A DNA stretch of 20,000 bases from assembly GCA_000934665.2 (NCBI GenBank), contig KZ538077.1, forward strand, positions 113,067 through 133,066, given 5' to 3'. The notes beneath the pieces were generated by a model that made no database searches, was not told the origin of the DNA, and was given only the letters and a program-made list of their open reading frames with translations. The DNA comes from Catajapyx aquilonaris. Lineage: Eukaryota. A program made the position numbers and the translations under genes. Of the stretch, positions 1 to 10,310 are shown piece after piece; the stretch's first letter is position 1; the number at the start of each line of letters is the position of its first letter.

Positions 1-1717
1 TCGGCTAGTGCGGCAGTGTAAGGGTAGAAGGGATGCAAAAAGCCAGGCTTCCAGTCAGCCTCGAGATTGATGGCGCCACATCACAGCCCGCCGGCTATTT
101 TGGAACCCCTTCCACACCTAACCTTACATTTCCATTAGTCTCCCCAACTCGGGCCATGGGCGAAAAATTTTCGCCAGGCTGGACCTGAAGGTATGAAACC
201 GGTGCCAGAGAGAGAGAAGAGACCTTTCACAAAAAGATGAAGGCAGCAAGCTCTCGGGAAATGGATGACCATACCACAAAGAATATTATACGACAGCATG
301 TGGTCAAAAAGGTACCCTCATCTTATAGGTGGCCAATGGGGCCATAGCGTACCATTTTGTCAGTTGACAGTAGTGTGGTCCAAGTGACCGTGAGTTGTCC
401 GTCTCTGTCAGTAGCACTGCAATATCAGCAGATTTATTATTCTGGCATTTTTACCTGGTAAGTATACTGTAAGCTACATCGGCTCCCAAGCTGTACAGTA
501 AGCTTACTATACCACAACACTAATATAAAAAGCGGCTTTTAAAAAAAACAATATCCTTACTTCCGAGTAATGTTTTGTGCTTGATTACCATGCCAAGCCT
601 ACTGAGGTCAGAGCAGGGCCTATATGTTTTTCACAGAGACAGCAAAAAGTACTACCGGCAGATTTAGTCTCACGCTCGGAGTAAGTGGATTACATTCTTG
701 TTGGCCCCTTGACTTTGAAGAATTAGCTAGCTTATTTGCCCACAGAATTTTCAGCCCTGCAGGGCATGCTAAAAAATCAAACGCTCCTGGTAAAATACCG
801 TTTGAAAAAGCTTGCCAGATCCGGCTCTTCTATTTTTTTTAACGGTGCAATCACGAACGTTCAGAATTAACGTATGCAGCGAAGAGAATTTTTCTCCCTC
901 AAAATTTCATGCAATTACAGCAGTTCCGGGAAGCATAAAAAATGCATGTGTCACGAAAATGGTCTCTTAAGGGTTTAAAAATATCGCACTTTGTTCCCCG
1001 ACAAGTACACCGCAGCTCATACAGGTTCTGTCATGGGTTGCGTATCCTGGCCACTATCTTTATTAATATAAGCACAAAAAAGTGGAGGGGACTTCCGCAG
1101 AGCGGTAAACGCGAGAGATTTCGCAGAGTGGCGTTTCCGACTGTTTAAGCAATGAATAAAACATGGCTCTCCGAGAGAGAACACAGGTGTCGGTGGGATT
1201 AATGTGACGTGATTAAAGTGCACCAATATGGTACATGCGAGTACTCGCGAATTCTAAAGATTCATACCTCAACCTTTTTTTTTTAAAAAAAAAAAATGTT
1301 ATTATTTTCCCTCCCAGATAGAAATTTGTCACGATTCTGGTTCGGTTTTGCACGTCCCCTTTTTGATTTACTAATGGACCCTGCAACGCCGACATAAATC
1401 TCACAAAATGCGAGTTACCTCACGATAATCCCCTAGAGCCGGCCATGTTTGCGACTTTTCCTGCGAGAAGTCAGGAAACTTCACCGATAAATTAGCCTTC
1501 TTGAAACCTCCCATTAGTTATCGGGAGGGTCTCCAATGCTAGAAAGTGCGTAGCGTTCTAGGGACAAGTAAGAAGTGTATACATTGATTACAACCTAGAA
1601 CTTGCAACAAATTCAACCTCAGTCTTCTCTGTGTGGTCAATTCACGCTCATCTATTTCCACCACTGTATAGTTAATTATTTTTTCATTATTTTATATTAT
1701 TAGCAGTAACGTGTTCA

Positions 1718-1760
1718 TAAGCATAATGCGGAGGTGATAACCTGCTATGCATTATGCTTA
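1718..1760. repeat. Short inverted repeat (hairpin)
   Basis: TAAGCATAATGC (1718-1729) pairs perfectly with GCATTATGCTTA (1749-1760). The spacer has an inner AGGT-GATA-ACCT stem. Confidence 0.7.
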
Positions 1761-3414
1761 CGGAAGTGATGATCGTGCAACTGCTCGATCGGGCTCGGAA
1801 TCTCGCTGTGCGATTGATTCGATTATCTATTCACACCTGTTGCTGTGCTATCGATGCAACTCGCCCGCATCTAAATGAAATAGTTGATTTTAAAAAAAGG
1901 ACGCAATTTTATTACAAATAACAAATATGCTAATGTTCTTACACAAATTCGTACAAATCAAGCGAATAAGAGCATCCTATTGGCTTCAAGAAAATGTGTA
2001 AACTACCAGCTGCTCCTACTTGAGTAGGTTATACCTTTCTTGCGGTTCTTCATGACTCGAGTTTCCTTCATTTGCCTCCTAACTGATATCCATACTTCAG
2101 GAGATTAATTCCTGCAGGACGGTGTACTACTGGGGTCAACCCTGGTACGAATAAACAGAAATGAATGGGAACTGGCTGGGCTTGTTGTTGAGGAGGTAAG
2201 TGTGGAAATGGAATAGGGGCCCACCCGAAGTGTTTGCTCCCTGGAATCCTCTGGGAACAGTCCCAAGATGAGCCTTAAGGTTCCTCTGACTAATCCGGCC
2301 ACTATACCTTCCGCAAACATACGTGGCGCCGACAAAACCGATCATTAAGTGCATCCCACCACGACAATAAAAAAGGAGGGGGGGGGGGGAACCACTGTTT
2401 GCCCACTAATCTCCAAAGAAATTACTAACCAGCAACTACACGTCTGAGGCCAGGACAAATTTTTACTTCTGCACACGTAACAGGAGTCCGTGTAAATTCT
2501 CCCTGACTCCCTTCCCCCCTGCCACCTCACTACTGATGGCTCAAAATTAATTGACAAAAAACGCCATGGGACATCTGCAGCGTTATTGCTGCGGGGATTT
2601 CGCTCCCGGTAATTAACGGCAGATCGAGTACTGCGGTACAAAAAAAATATATGGGCCATCATCTGCAGGGAGTATTGGTGTGATGCTCCATAATTAGCAA
2701 ATCCTTGTTTAGCCCAGGCGGGATGCCTACCATGTAGGATTAATCAAACAAATCGATTCAGTACTCGTGGATGACATGCGTTTGCTCGGTCTTTTTTTAT
2801 TGTCCCAATCCCTCTTTGTTGTCGAAAGCAAAATGCGGAAAGGGATCATATTCATCAGCCATTACTTCTCCCCACGGAGCCTGCACAGCTTGTATTGTTG
2901 CTGGATTTTCTTTCATTTCATTGTATAGTCAACAGTAAATATTCTAGCCAGCCAGTTACTGGAGCTGGAAGTCCTAATTGTTACCACACCATTGAAATGA
3001 GTTCAGCTGTTGGATGATCGACACATAAAACGACACTAATTCTATCCATTTGCACTTACAACATTAAATCGTAATATAATTTCAAATAAACGGTTCCTCG
3101 GATCCGTCACATGCACGTCAGAAAAATTGACCAGATTTGTCAAATGAGATTAATGTGGCCACAACACTATTAATGTACAATATATCAGTTCAATACGTCA
3201 ATTAACAATTTAGCGTCAGTGACATTTTATAGGGCGCTTGTTTATTTAACTATTTAGTAGGACCTACTATGGAAATTGTTATAACATGTGGTAAATATAC
3301 AGGCCTATTGAACTTTACGACTGGCGAAGTTTAGCTTCCCAGGAACCCTGTAAGCTTCATTCGTTCGTAACTTACAATTAGTGCGAGAATATCCTTATGC
3401 AAGTAAACCCATAG

Positions 3415-3485
3415 CCCAGCCTGAGACGCATACCCAGGACCTCAAGAGGTGAAAGGATAGTAGTCTAACCTCCCTACACCATCGC
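3415..3485 (-). mobile_element. Degenerate tRNA-derived SINE head or tRNA pseudogene
   Basis: The minus strand reads GCGATGGTGTAGGGAGGTTAGACTACTATCCTTTCACCTCTTGAGGTCCTGGGTATGCGTCTCAGGCTGGG. It has an A-box-like TGGTGTAG..GGTTAG, an anticodon-loop-like TTTCAC (tRNA-Glu-like) and a decayed B box, all at tRNA spacing. The cloverleaf is not intact. Confidence 0.45.
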
Positions 3486-4369
3486 ACCAGCACACCATTG
3501 CTGTAAACTGGGTAGCGGACAATGTTCTTCCGTCCTCTTGGTCATAGCCATAGGTTTCTTTGCTTTAATTGATTTCCCCAATATCAGTTGTTCAAGAGTT
3601 AATCGAAGTCAATTTTTGTGACGTCATCTATGAGAATTTAGGAAATATCCTACACGTACTTGTTAGACCCCACTTACCACGTCTGGCAGCCGAGTGATCT
3701 AATCAGCAGCATTTCCCATGGCAGATATTCCTGGCAAAGCATACGTATAGGACTCATGGAAATGATCATTCCGAAAAGGTCATACTACGTAAGAATCAAC
3801 GCCTATTTCGTCTAACTCCCAATGCTCCCGCCAACATTGCCATTAAGGCGGCTCTAAGTGATCAATGGTGCACCCCCACCCATCTTCTAAGCTGCTTTCT
3901 GCAGAGAAGATTTGAGATGAGGGCAGGCAAGAGAGAAAGAAAGAGAGAAAGGGGGGAAAAAACGGCGATCGTTGAAAACTTCTCTATACCATTGGATATT
4001 GTACTCGACAAGTTCTTAAACCGTGCTGAGAGGCCTGTACCACAGATTCACTACACGCAACTTGGCTCGGCAATAATGACGGATTTCAGCTGTTCAGGAC
4101 GAGGTCCAATTTTGGATTGCATTATGCAAAAGAACGCCTAGCTCGCTCCGTCTTTTAAAAAAGTGGCCGTAACACTGTGACTGGCAGGCTGAGCTGATCT
4201 GGAATCACAGGTAGTTAAGCCCATTTACCTCATCCCTCAAGACTGACTCCCACTAATGCACTCCCACGGGTATACATCATTCAAAGAGATGTCCAAACTA
4301 TATAGGTTCGCCATGCCCACGGCAATTTTTGGGTAAATTTATTTCTAACATGTTAGATGAAAGTGCTGC

Positions 4370-4372
<3 letters not shown>

Positions 4373-4456
<84 letters not shown>
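4373..4456. repeat. (AAT)28 perfect microsatellite
   Basis: 84 bp of uninterrupted ATA units. It produces the spurious poly-Tyr ORF at 4298-4546. Confidence 0.97.
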
Positions 4457-4458
<2 letters not shown>

Positions 4459-5635
4459 GCAGCAGGGTCTTGGACATAATTGTGGCACATGTTCCTACCA
4501 GGCAGTCACTCTGCCTCCCAACTCTCACACCTTGCATTCCACACAACTACATTAGTTTGAAGCAGCTGGCAGCTATAACACTGTTTCGTCCGAATAAACT
4601 TTTCAGACCAGCATGAAACTGGACATCATTTCAACTAACCTTTTGGCACTACTAAACAATCATATGGAACGAAACCCGGCAAGAAAACAGTTGTTGACCC
4701 ATGTGGAGCCCCGCTTAGGCCACTACGCTTCACTGAGCTGGAAGCAAAATAAACTACTGTACAGTCGAGTAAACATTATTTCCATGCAAGTCGGGCACCA
4801 CATACCCCAGAATACTCTGGCTGATGACTGACTACTCCCCCAACGCATACCGACCGGACCAGCTCCCCCACCAACACGTGGTAAGAAAGAAGAGTGGCTG
4901 CTTCATAATAAAGGGTGGATGCTGGAAGAAAACTACCTGATGCGAAGCACTTTGATTGCGAGCCTCTCGACTGATCCTCTTATTGCGAATGGCCTAGCAA
5001 GGATTTGCCTGCTCTCAATAAGACTTATCAGATTGCCAACCGAGCAGCCCGGGGGAACGTTCCGCCTTTTGCTTCCCTTTTCTCCCGCACCCAGCCCCTT
5101 TCCTCTCCTAAGAATTTATTAAAAATAGAATCTGTTTCCTTGGCGACCGGATAACTCCGTTAAGGCAACTTACGTTTTATATCCTAACCGCAGTTCTTCC
5201 CGTTCTGAGTACAAATGATATTATTTTGGCGGGAAGGGCAGGGAGAGAGATTATCAAAGAAAGGGGTTTGCAACCTACCACGTCTCATCAACAAGACGGA
5301 TTTTAATTGCCCTTTTGTACTCTCAAATGGAACCAGATTATTCATTTTATCCCTTCTTTTTATCTTGCTAGGAAAGGGATCCTTGATGAAAACCAGGCTT
5401 GTAAGTGGACATTACTCCTCCCTTTAGAGAGCGAAAAGTTAATAACGTGCTGAGTTTCAAGATTTCCCTCTGACTGCTTTTTCACTTCGGCTAATTGCAC
5501 ATCAGTGTACCTACTTGATGAGTCACAATTTGTCTTTCGTCTTACCAATGCACCGGATTTCCCATTTCAAAGGGAGAGGAAGAAAACTTGCCCCGTCGCG
5601 ACTCGTCGATACACTCCCAACATTTCAAGCACGCC

Positions 5636-5728
5636 ATATTTTCCCCATTTCCCCCCCTAAAGGAGCGCTGCTCCGGAATGGGGTAAAATATAAATAAATA
5701 AATAAATAAATAAAATATTTTCCCCATT
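5636..5728 (+). mobile_element. Short retroposon-like insertion with (AAAT)n tail and 14-bp flanking direct repeat
   Basis: ATATTTTCCCCATT occurs at 5636-5649 and 5715-5728, flanking 65 bp that contain a GGAGC-GCT-GCTCC stem-loop and end in about 6 TAAA units (5691-5714). Confidence 0.55.
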
Positions 5729-5850
5729 CGGTACAACAGATTATACCATACGTGATCAAAGCTAAGTTATAAATATTTAAAATGTTACAAGCTTGTAACA
5801 TTACAAAATATCGTGGGCATATACGAGAAATCCATTGTCTCATAGAGAGA

Positions 5851-5866
5851 GNGGGGGGGGGGGGGG
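5851..5866. repeat. Poly-G run containing an N (uncertain assembly)
   Basis: G run with an N at 5852. A similar C run with an N at 18875 lies at about 18865-18891, and other G runs are at 2378-2389, 18074-18086 and 19991-20000. Confidence 0.85.
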
Positions 5867-8800
5867 ACCAGTTTCGAGATAATCCAAAGCATTTGTTTAT
5901 ACATTCTAGTCTAGTGAATAAGGAAAATTCTGACTTGCTGGCTCCTTACGATTTTTTTTAGGACTAAATGAACTTGACCAGGCGACAGAGCAGAAAATAT
6001 GACACTTAGCGGTGTAGATAACTCAAAACCGACAAAATTGGACTTAAGTTAGTGGATTTCTCATGAATACCCACCAAACGCATAGACTGTCACAAAATAT
6101 TCCTATGTGCCACTGTTACATATTTTGCATAACACATCAGACCCTGATGAAGCAATCCTGTACCGTTCTCCTGTCGAGTTCATAACGTGTGCTCGAAAAA
6201 ATATTCCCCAACACATTCGATTCTCATCTGAACATATACGACTCACACTACGCTCTGCAGCTCCACTGCGCATCTGCAGTCCTTTTAGCCAAAATTTGCC
6301 CGTGCGGGTCGACAAAATTAACACTAATTTACTTCCCCCCGTTTATTTTTTATTTACTTCTCTCTCTTTCCACTTGAGCTTTTTTTAAAACCTTCCCCTC
6401 TAGGCTAGTGCGGATGTAATCTAATAGGACTACATGAAGTATCCGGAGCGTATAACCGTGGCCGAGCCGTTAATCCTCTCCAAGATAACACTAATTCCAA
6501 TGACGGTGTGATGATGATAAAAAATATCAATAACCGGACTAAGTTGAACCCGTAGACTTTTATGGTCGCGGGGGCCCCATTTGTTGCCTTACCCCGCAGA
6601 AATTTTCCCTTTATCAATGCCGCCCAGTCGGCCCAGGGGTAGGGAGGAACCCCCTTCAGCCTCCCACCTCGACTTATCCCTCTCCCCCATATTATTGTGA
6701 GCTCAATCTCGGCTCAATCCCTATTTCGCACTTCTTTTCTGGCATACACTTCTCCAATCTCCCAGGTTACGGGTCAGGCTTGGAAATGTTGGAAAGGATC
6801 AGAGTGCATGCCCCTCAATTAGCTCACGGGGTAATATTAAGGAAGAATAGGCACAACTGATATATAGGCTACCTCAAAACATTTGAAACACCAATCAATA
6901 GATTGTAAACGTATCTTATAGGTAGCTACTAGCAGATGGGACCTGCATTGACAAACTTTGCTTCTGGCGCTACTCACAGCCCAATTAGAATGATTTGCTA
7001 AACACTCCAGTTACAGTTCTCGTTCTCCGCAAAATATTGATCTAGGGGCACAAAATTCAGCATCAATCAAAACTGCCTGTTTCATCGCAATCTGCAGAAA
7101 CCTTTCCATCGTCAAGGCTCTTGGTCCTCGAAAATTCCGACTGGGAGGAATGATAATAAAAAAGATGGACAAAAAAAACATCCGACTGAAATAACAAATC
7201 CGTCATTTAAGAAAGTCGAGTTGAAAGCTGAAAATCGGGGCACGTGCACACAAAGAAGTCCAATTTAGAAATTACAAGAACTTCAATTATGACGTCAAGA
7301 TTCTTCATCTTGCCTTTTCTGCCCGACTTCAGTTAATGCATATTATTCTGGAGAAATGCACAGTTAAGACGGTACGTAACAGAACGTGAAATTTATTACG
7401 CACACTACCATCGATTCAGATTGTCATTGCACAAACTCGATGACCTGCCTAGGCTCAACGTCTATTACCGCCAGGAAATTCCCATAATATAATCCGCTTC
7501 TGCAATTTCAACTTTGTTGCTTTCCCCGGGATGGAAATATCTTTATTGAAATCAGCAGAGAGTGGCGGCGAAAATATTTACAAAGCAAAGCAGGGGAAAG
7601 GAATAAAAAGAGTAAATATATCTATGTATATTTAAGGATAAAAGGGGCGGTGGGAGCTACCGCGCAAAGGGAGGGAAAAAACCCAGGTTTAGCCATCAAG
7701 CTGCTTTTGTAAAAGGGAAGCTCTTGGTAAAATTAAACCACTCTCACATATTGCACGTATGCTACGCGAGTCCTTCCTAAAAATTCGGCATGGCTAAGGT
7801 TGCTACGAATTTCCCCTAAAATTTTGTTTCTTCTCCACAACTAGTTTTGAAGCATTGCTCTCTGCAGCCAGAAAAATATATACAGTATATATTCCAGAGT
7901 GGACAAGAAAGGAAACGACTTTAGCGAGATATTAAGTAACAATGACATTCCCGGGCTCTTTTCTCTTTTCCCTTGATACGCTTCCTCGGCAAAGAACAAT
8001 AAAAGCGACTCCCCGGAGAGAAAAATATCCGCCGCCATTTCATATAGAGAAGAAGGTGACACAGAAAAATGGCCCGGAGAGAGGTCCCTTATGTCCGCCC
8101 CATAAAATAATGCGCAACGGATGACGCACGGGTTACAAAATTGTTGGGAGCTGTCCTGCTCCGAGTGAGAAATGCGAACTGTTGTAACCTTGCTACACTT
8201 TATCACGTCCACCACCCTCCCACTCATTCCTATCCTTGTCCTTTGGCAACTTTATACCGGCCAAAAACAACTTTACTTGTCCAACTCTCAACCGGACACA
8301 ATCTACACCAATTAAACCCTTTGATTAGTGACGTCCAATAGAAAAAGTCCTTGCTGACACCACTGTGTTGGGAGGGACTTGACGCCATTATCCACTTCTG
8401 CAAGTGGGCATTTTGTTGTACGCAACTTTTCTAATTTGTTTTCCTGCCTGCGCTATACTAGTTCCACTCCAACTATGCGGCGCCAGAAACTATTGGGAAC
8501 CTGTCTGACAAATCATTTTTGCGCACATTTAAACAGTTGGTAATCGCAACTGAAAATGAAATTCAACAGACCCTGCATCACCCAGGACTTATAGCAATGC
8601 ACATATGCAGAAATAACTTACCTTATTTGGAAGTTAATTCAATCAATACACGTCGCAATACAGGGTGATCAACTTACATTAAGATAAGATGGTGGGATGG
8701 ATCTGCTTTTGAAAGCTGGACGCGACATATTTTTCTTTTTTTCTGGCCGTCACAATGTTAACTTACACAGCGTACTGGGCCCAATTTCATATAGAGTAAC

Positions 8801-9303
8801 CAGCCTGCGTGAAAAACAGGATTGAAGTTGGCTTGAGCAGGCGAGGCCAACGTGCAATAGAGTACTACTGCTTCCCTCTTTGACTGAAAATGGCAGGAAG
8901 TCCCTTTTAGCCCCTGTATATTATGCTCCCCTGCGGACCAGAGAGGCGCATGGGTTTCAGGACCAGCCTATTCAAGGACACCGTTCCAGTCCCCGGCACA
9001 AAAAGTGTTAGAGGGAAGGGGGCATGTCCCACGAGTGCCCTTCCCAAATCTGCCCGACTTCATTCCCCATTCCGTCAGGGCGGCCTTTTGATGCCAGCAC
9101 CTGCACCCACAATGAAAGCCTGCAGACGGGGGCGAGGTGGAAGAGGAAGAGGACAAAAAAAGTCCTAAGTAAACCCCTCTCGCACCTGCAAAACTGCATT
9201 CAGATCTTATCTAAATGGTCAACTCTCCTGAAAGCTTTTCCGTCTCTGTATAGTAAAATGAGTTCCAACTCCTCTCGTAGTGTCACTTCTGCTGCCTACT
9301 CAC

Positions 9304-9336
9304 CTCCCGGGGAAGAATAACCGCGGACAATGATTC
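9304..9336 (-). CDS. timeless: Probable 33-nt Timeless micro-exon F, phase 1 to 1
   Basis: Acceptor gtgctttcag and strong donor GAG|GTGAGT. Open in the phase left by exon E, giving GIIVRGYSSPG. It has no recognisable homology, but it falls in the poorly conserved linker before the acidic tract. Confidence 0.55.
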
Positions 9337-9996
9337 CTGAAAGCACATATCAACGTACCAAGGCACACTTGGCCTCCAGGGCAAATATCACATACAGTAT
9401 GTATTAATATGGTCTGGAGCTTGATGATCGTTCTGTGGCAAAGGACTCTAAGAGGTTCCTTTGCAACAAGTCAATTGAAACACTTACACACACAAAAAGA
9501 GAGAAAGAGGTAGCCGCACCGGGGTAATTGGATTCTCCTCCCCTTTCATTCCCCTGTCGTTTCACCAATTACCTCAACAAATGCTAACGCAGTCGCGGTA
9601 GGCAAAAATGCCCCTAATGCCTGGCTTAAGGCCTTGACGAATTACAAGTAGATAACGGGAATATCGATCAGGAGCTCGTCACTATAATATACGTGGCGAG
9701 GGGTATAATTTCAACTTGGCACAGTTACTCTCCAAGTGTGACAACGCCCTGCCAACTTATGGCCATGTGAACGGCTGGGATGAATAATTGCTATATCCAA
9801 CGGAGACTATGCATTCGGTGAATTTTAAGTTCCCGCTTATAAGGTGTCAAATAGCTCACTGATTGTGACTGAACACTGTAAATATTCCAGTCATAATTAT
9901 TAGAGGTGAAGAGTTGTTCCACTTATCATCAAGTACAGTATTCAGTAACTATTCGTGACACAGCGATATAAAAAGGCATCAACAGTCAACACTTAC

Positions 9997-10094
9997 CAGG
10001 TAGATCAGCAAAAAAAATCTCCTCTAGAGCTAACTTCTCTTCCTCAGGTGTAATTCCGGGTGCCCCAAAACAGTCATCCTCCGGCCACATAACC
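9997..10094 (-). CDS. timeless: Timeless-family coding exon E, 98 nt, phase 2 to 1
   Basis: Acceptor gtactttcag and donor CTG|GTAAGT. Encodes VMWPEDDCFGAPGITPEEEKLALEEIFFADLP, resembling human [32 protein letters not shown]. Confidence 0.93.
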
Positions 10095-10141
10095 CTGAAA
10101 GTACGAACATGCCATAATTATGCAACGCTGTATTGCTGTAC

Positions 10142-10310
10142 TGTACAGTAAGTTAAAGGATTGCCTTTCCACATGAGGCGAGATTATTAGCCTCCAACAG
10201 AGGTGCTAGTTAGGAGAGTGCAAGTCATTGCATCAGGGGGAGGCAGCACCTCTGTTGGAGGCTAATAATCCCGCCTCATGTGGAAAGGAAATCCTTTAAC
10301 CGACTGTACA
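10142..10310. mobile_element. Foldback / MITE-like element 1, Tc1/mariner-like ends
   Basis: Inverted arms 10142-10207 and 10245-10310 (62/66 complementary by hand) around a 37-nt spacer. Ends are TA-CAGT (10144-10149) and ACTG-TA (10303-10308). No ORF. Confidence 0.75.

Noticed and set aside
614..765. CAGGGC...GCCCTG hAT-like ends and a GCCCTGCAGGGC palindrome
   Set aside because: The inverted repeat is only about 6 bp and there is no 8-bp target duplication.
3678..3730. Minus-strand 53-nt exon-like segment with GTAAGT donor, and a similar 42-nt one at about 1420-1461
   Set aside because: Both contain stops in the phase-1 frame required after exons E or F, and neither resembles Timeless.
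4298..4546. Poly-tyrosine ORF
   Set aside because: It is a translation artefact of the (AAT)28 microsatellite.
8616..8645. AAG|GTAAGT on the minus strand as a possible recursive splice site or exon end
   Set aside because: There is no pyrimidine tract or YAG and no plausible upstream exon.
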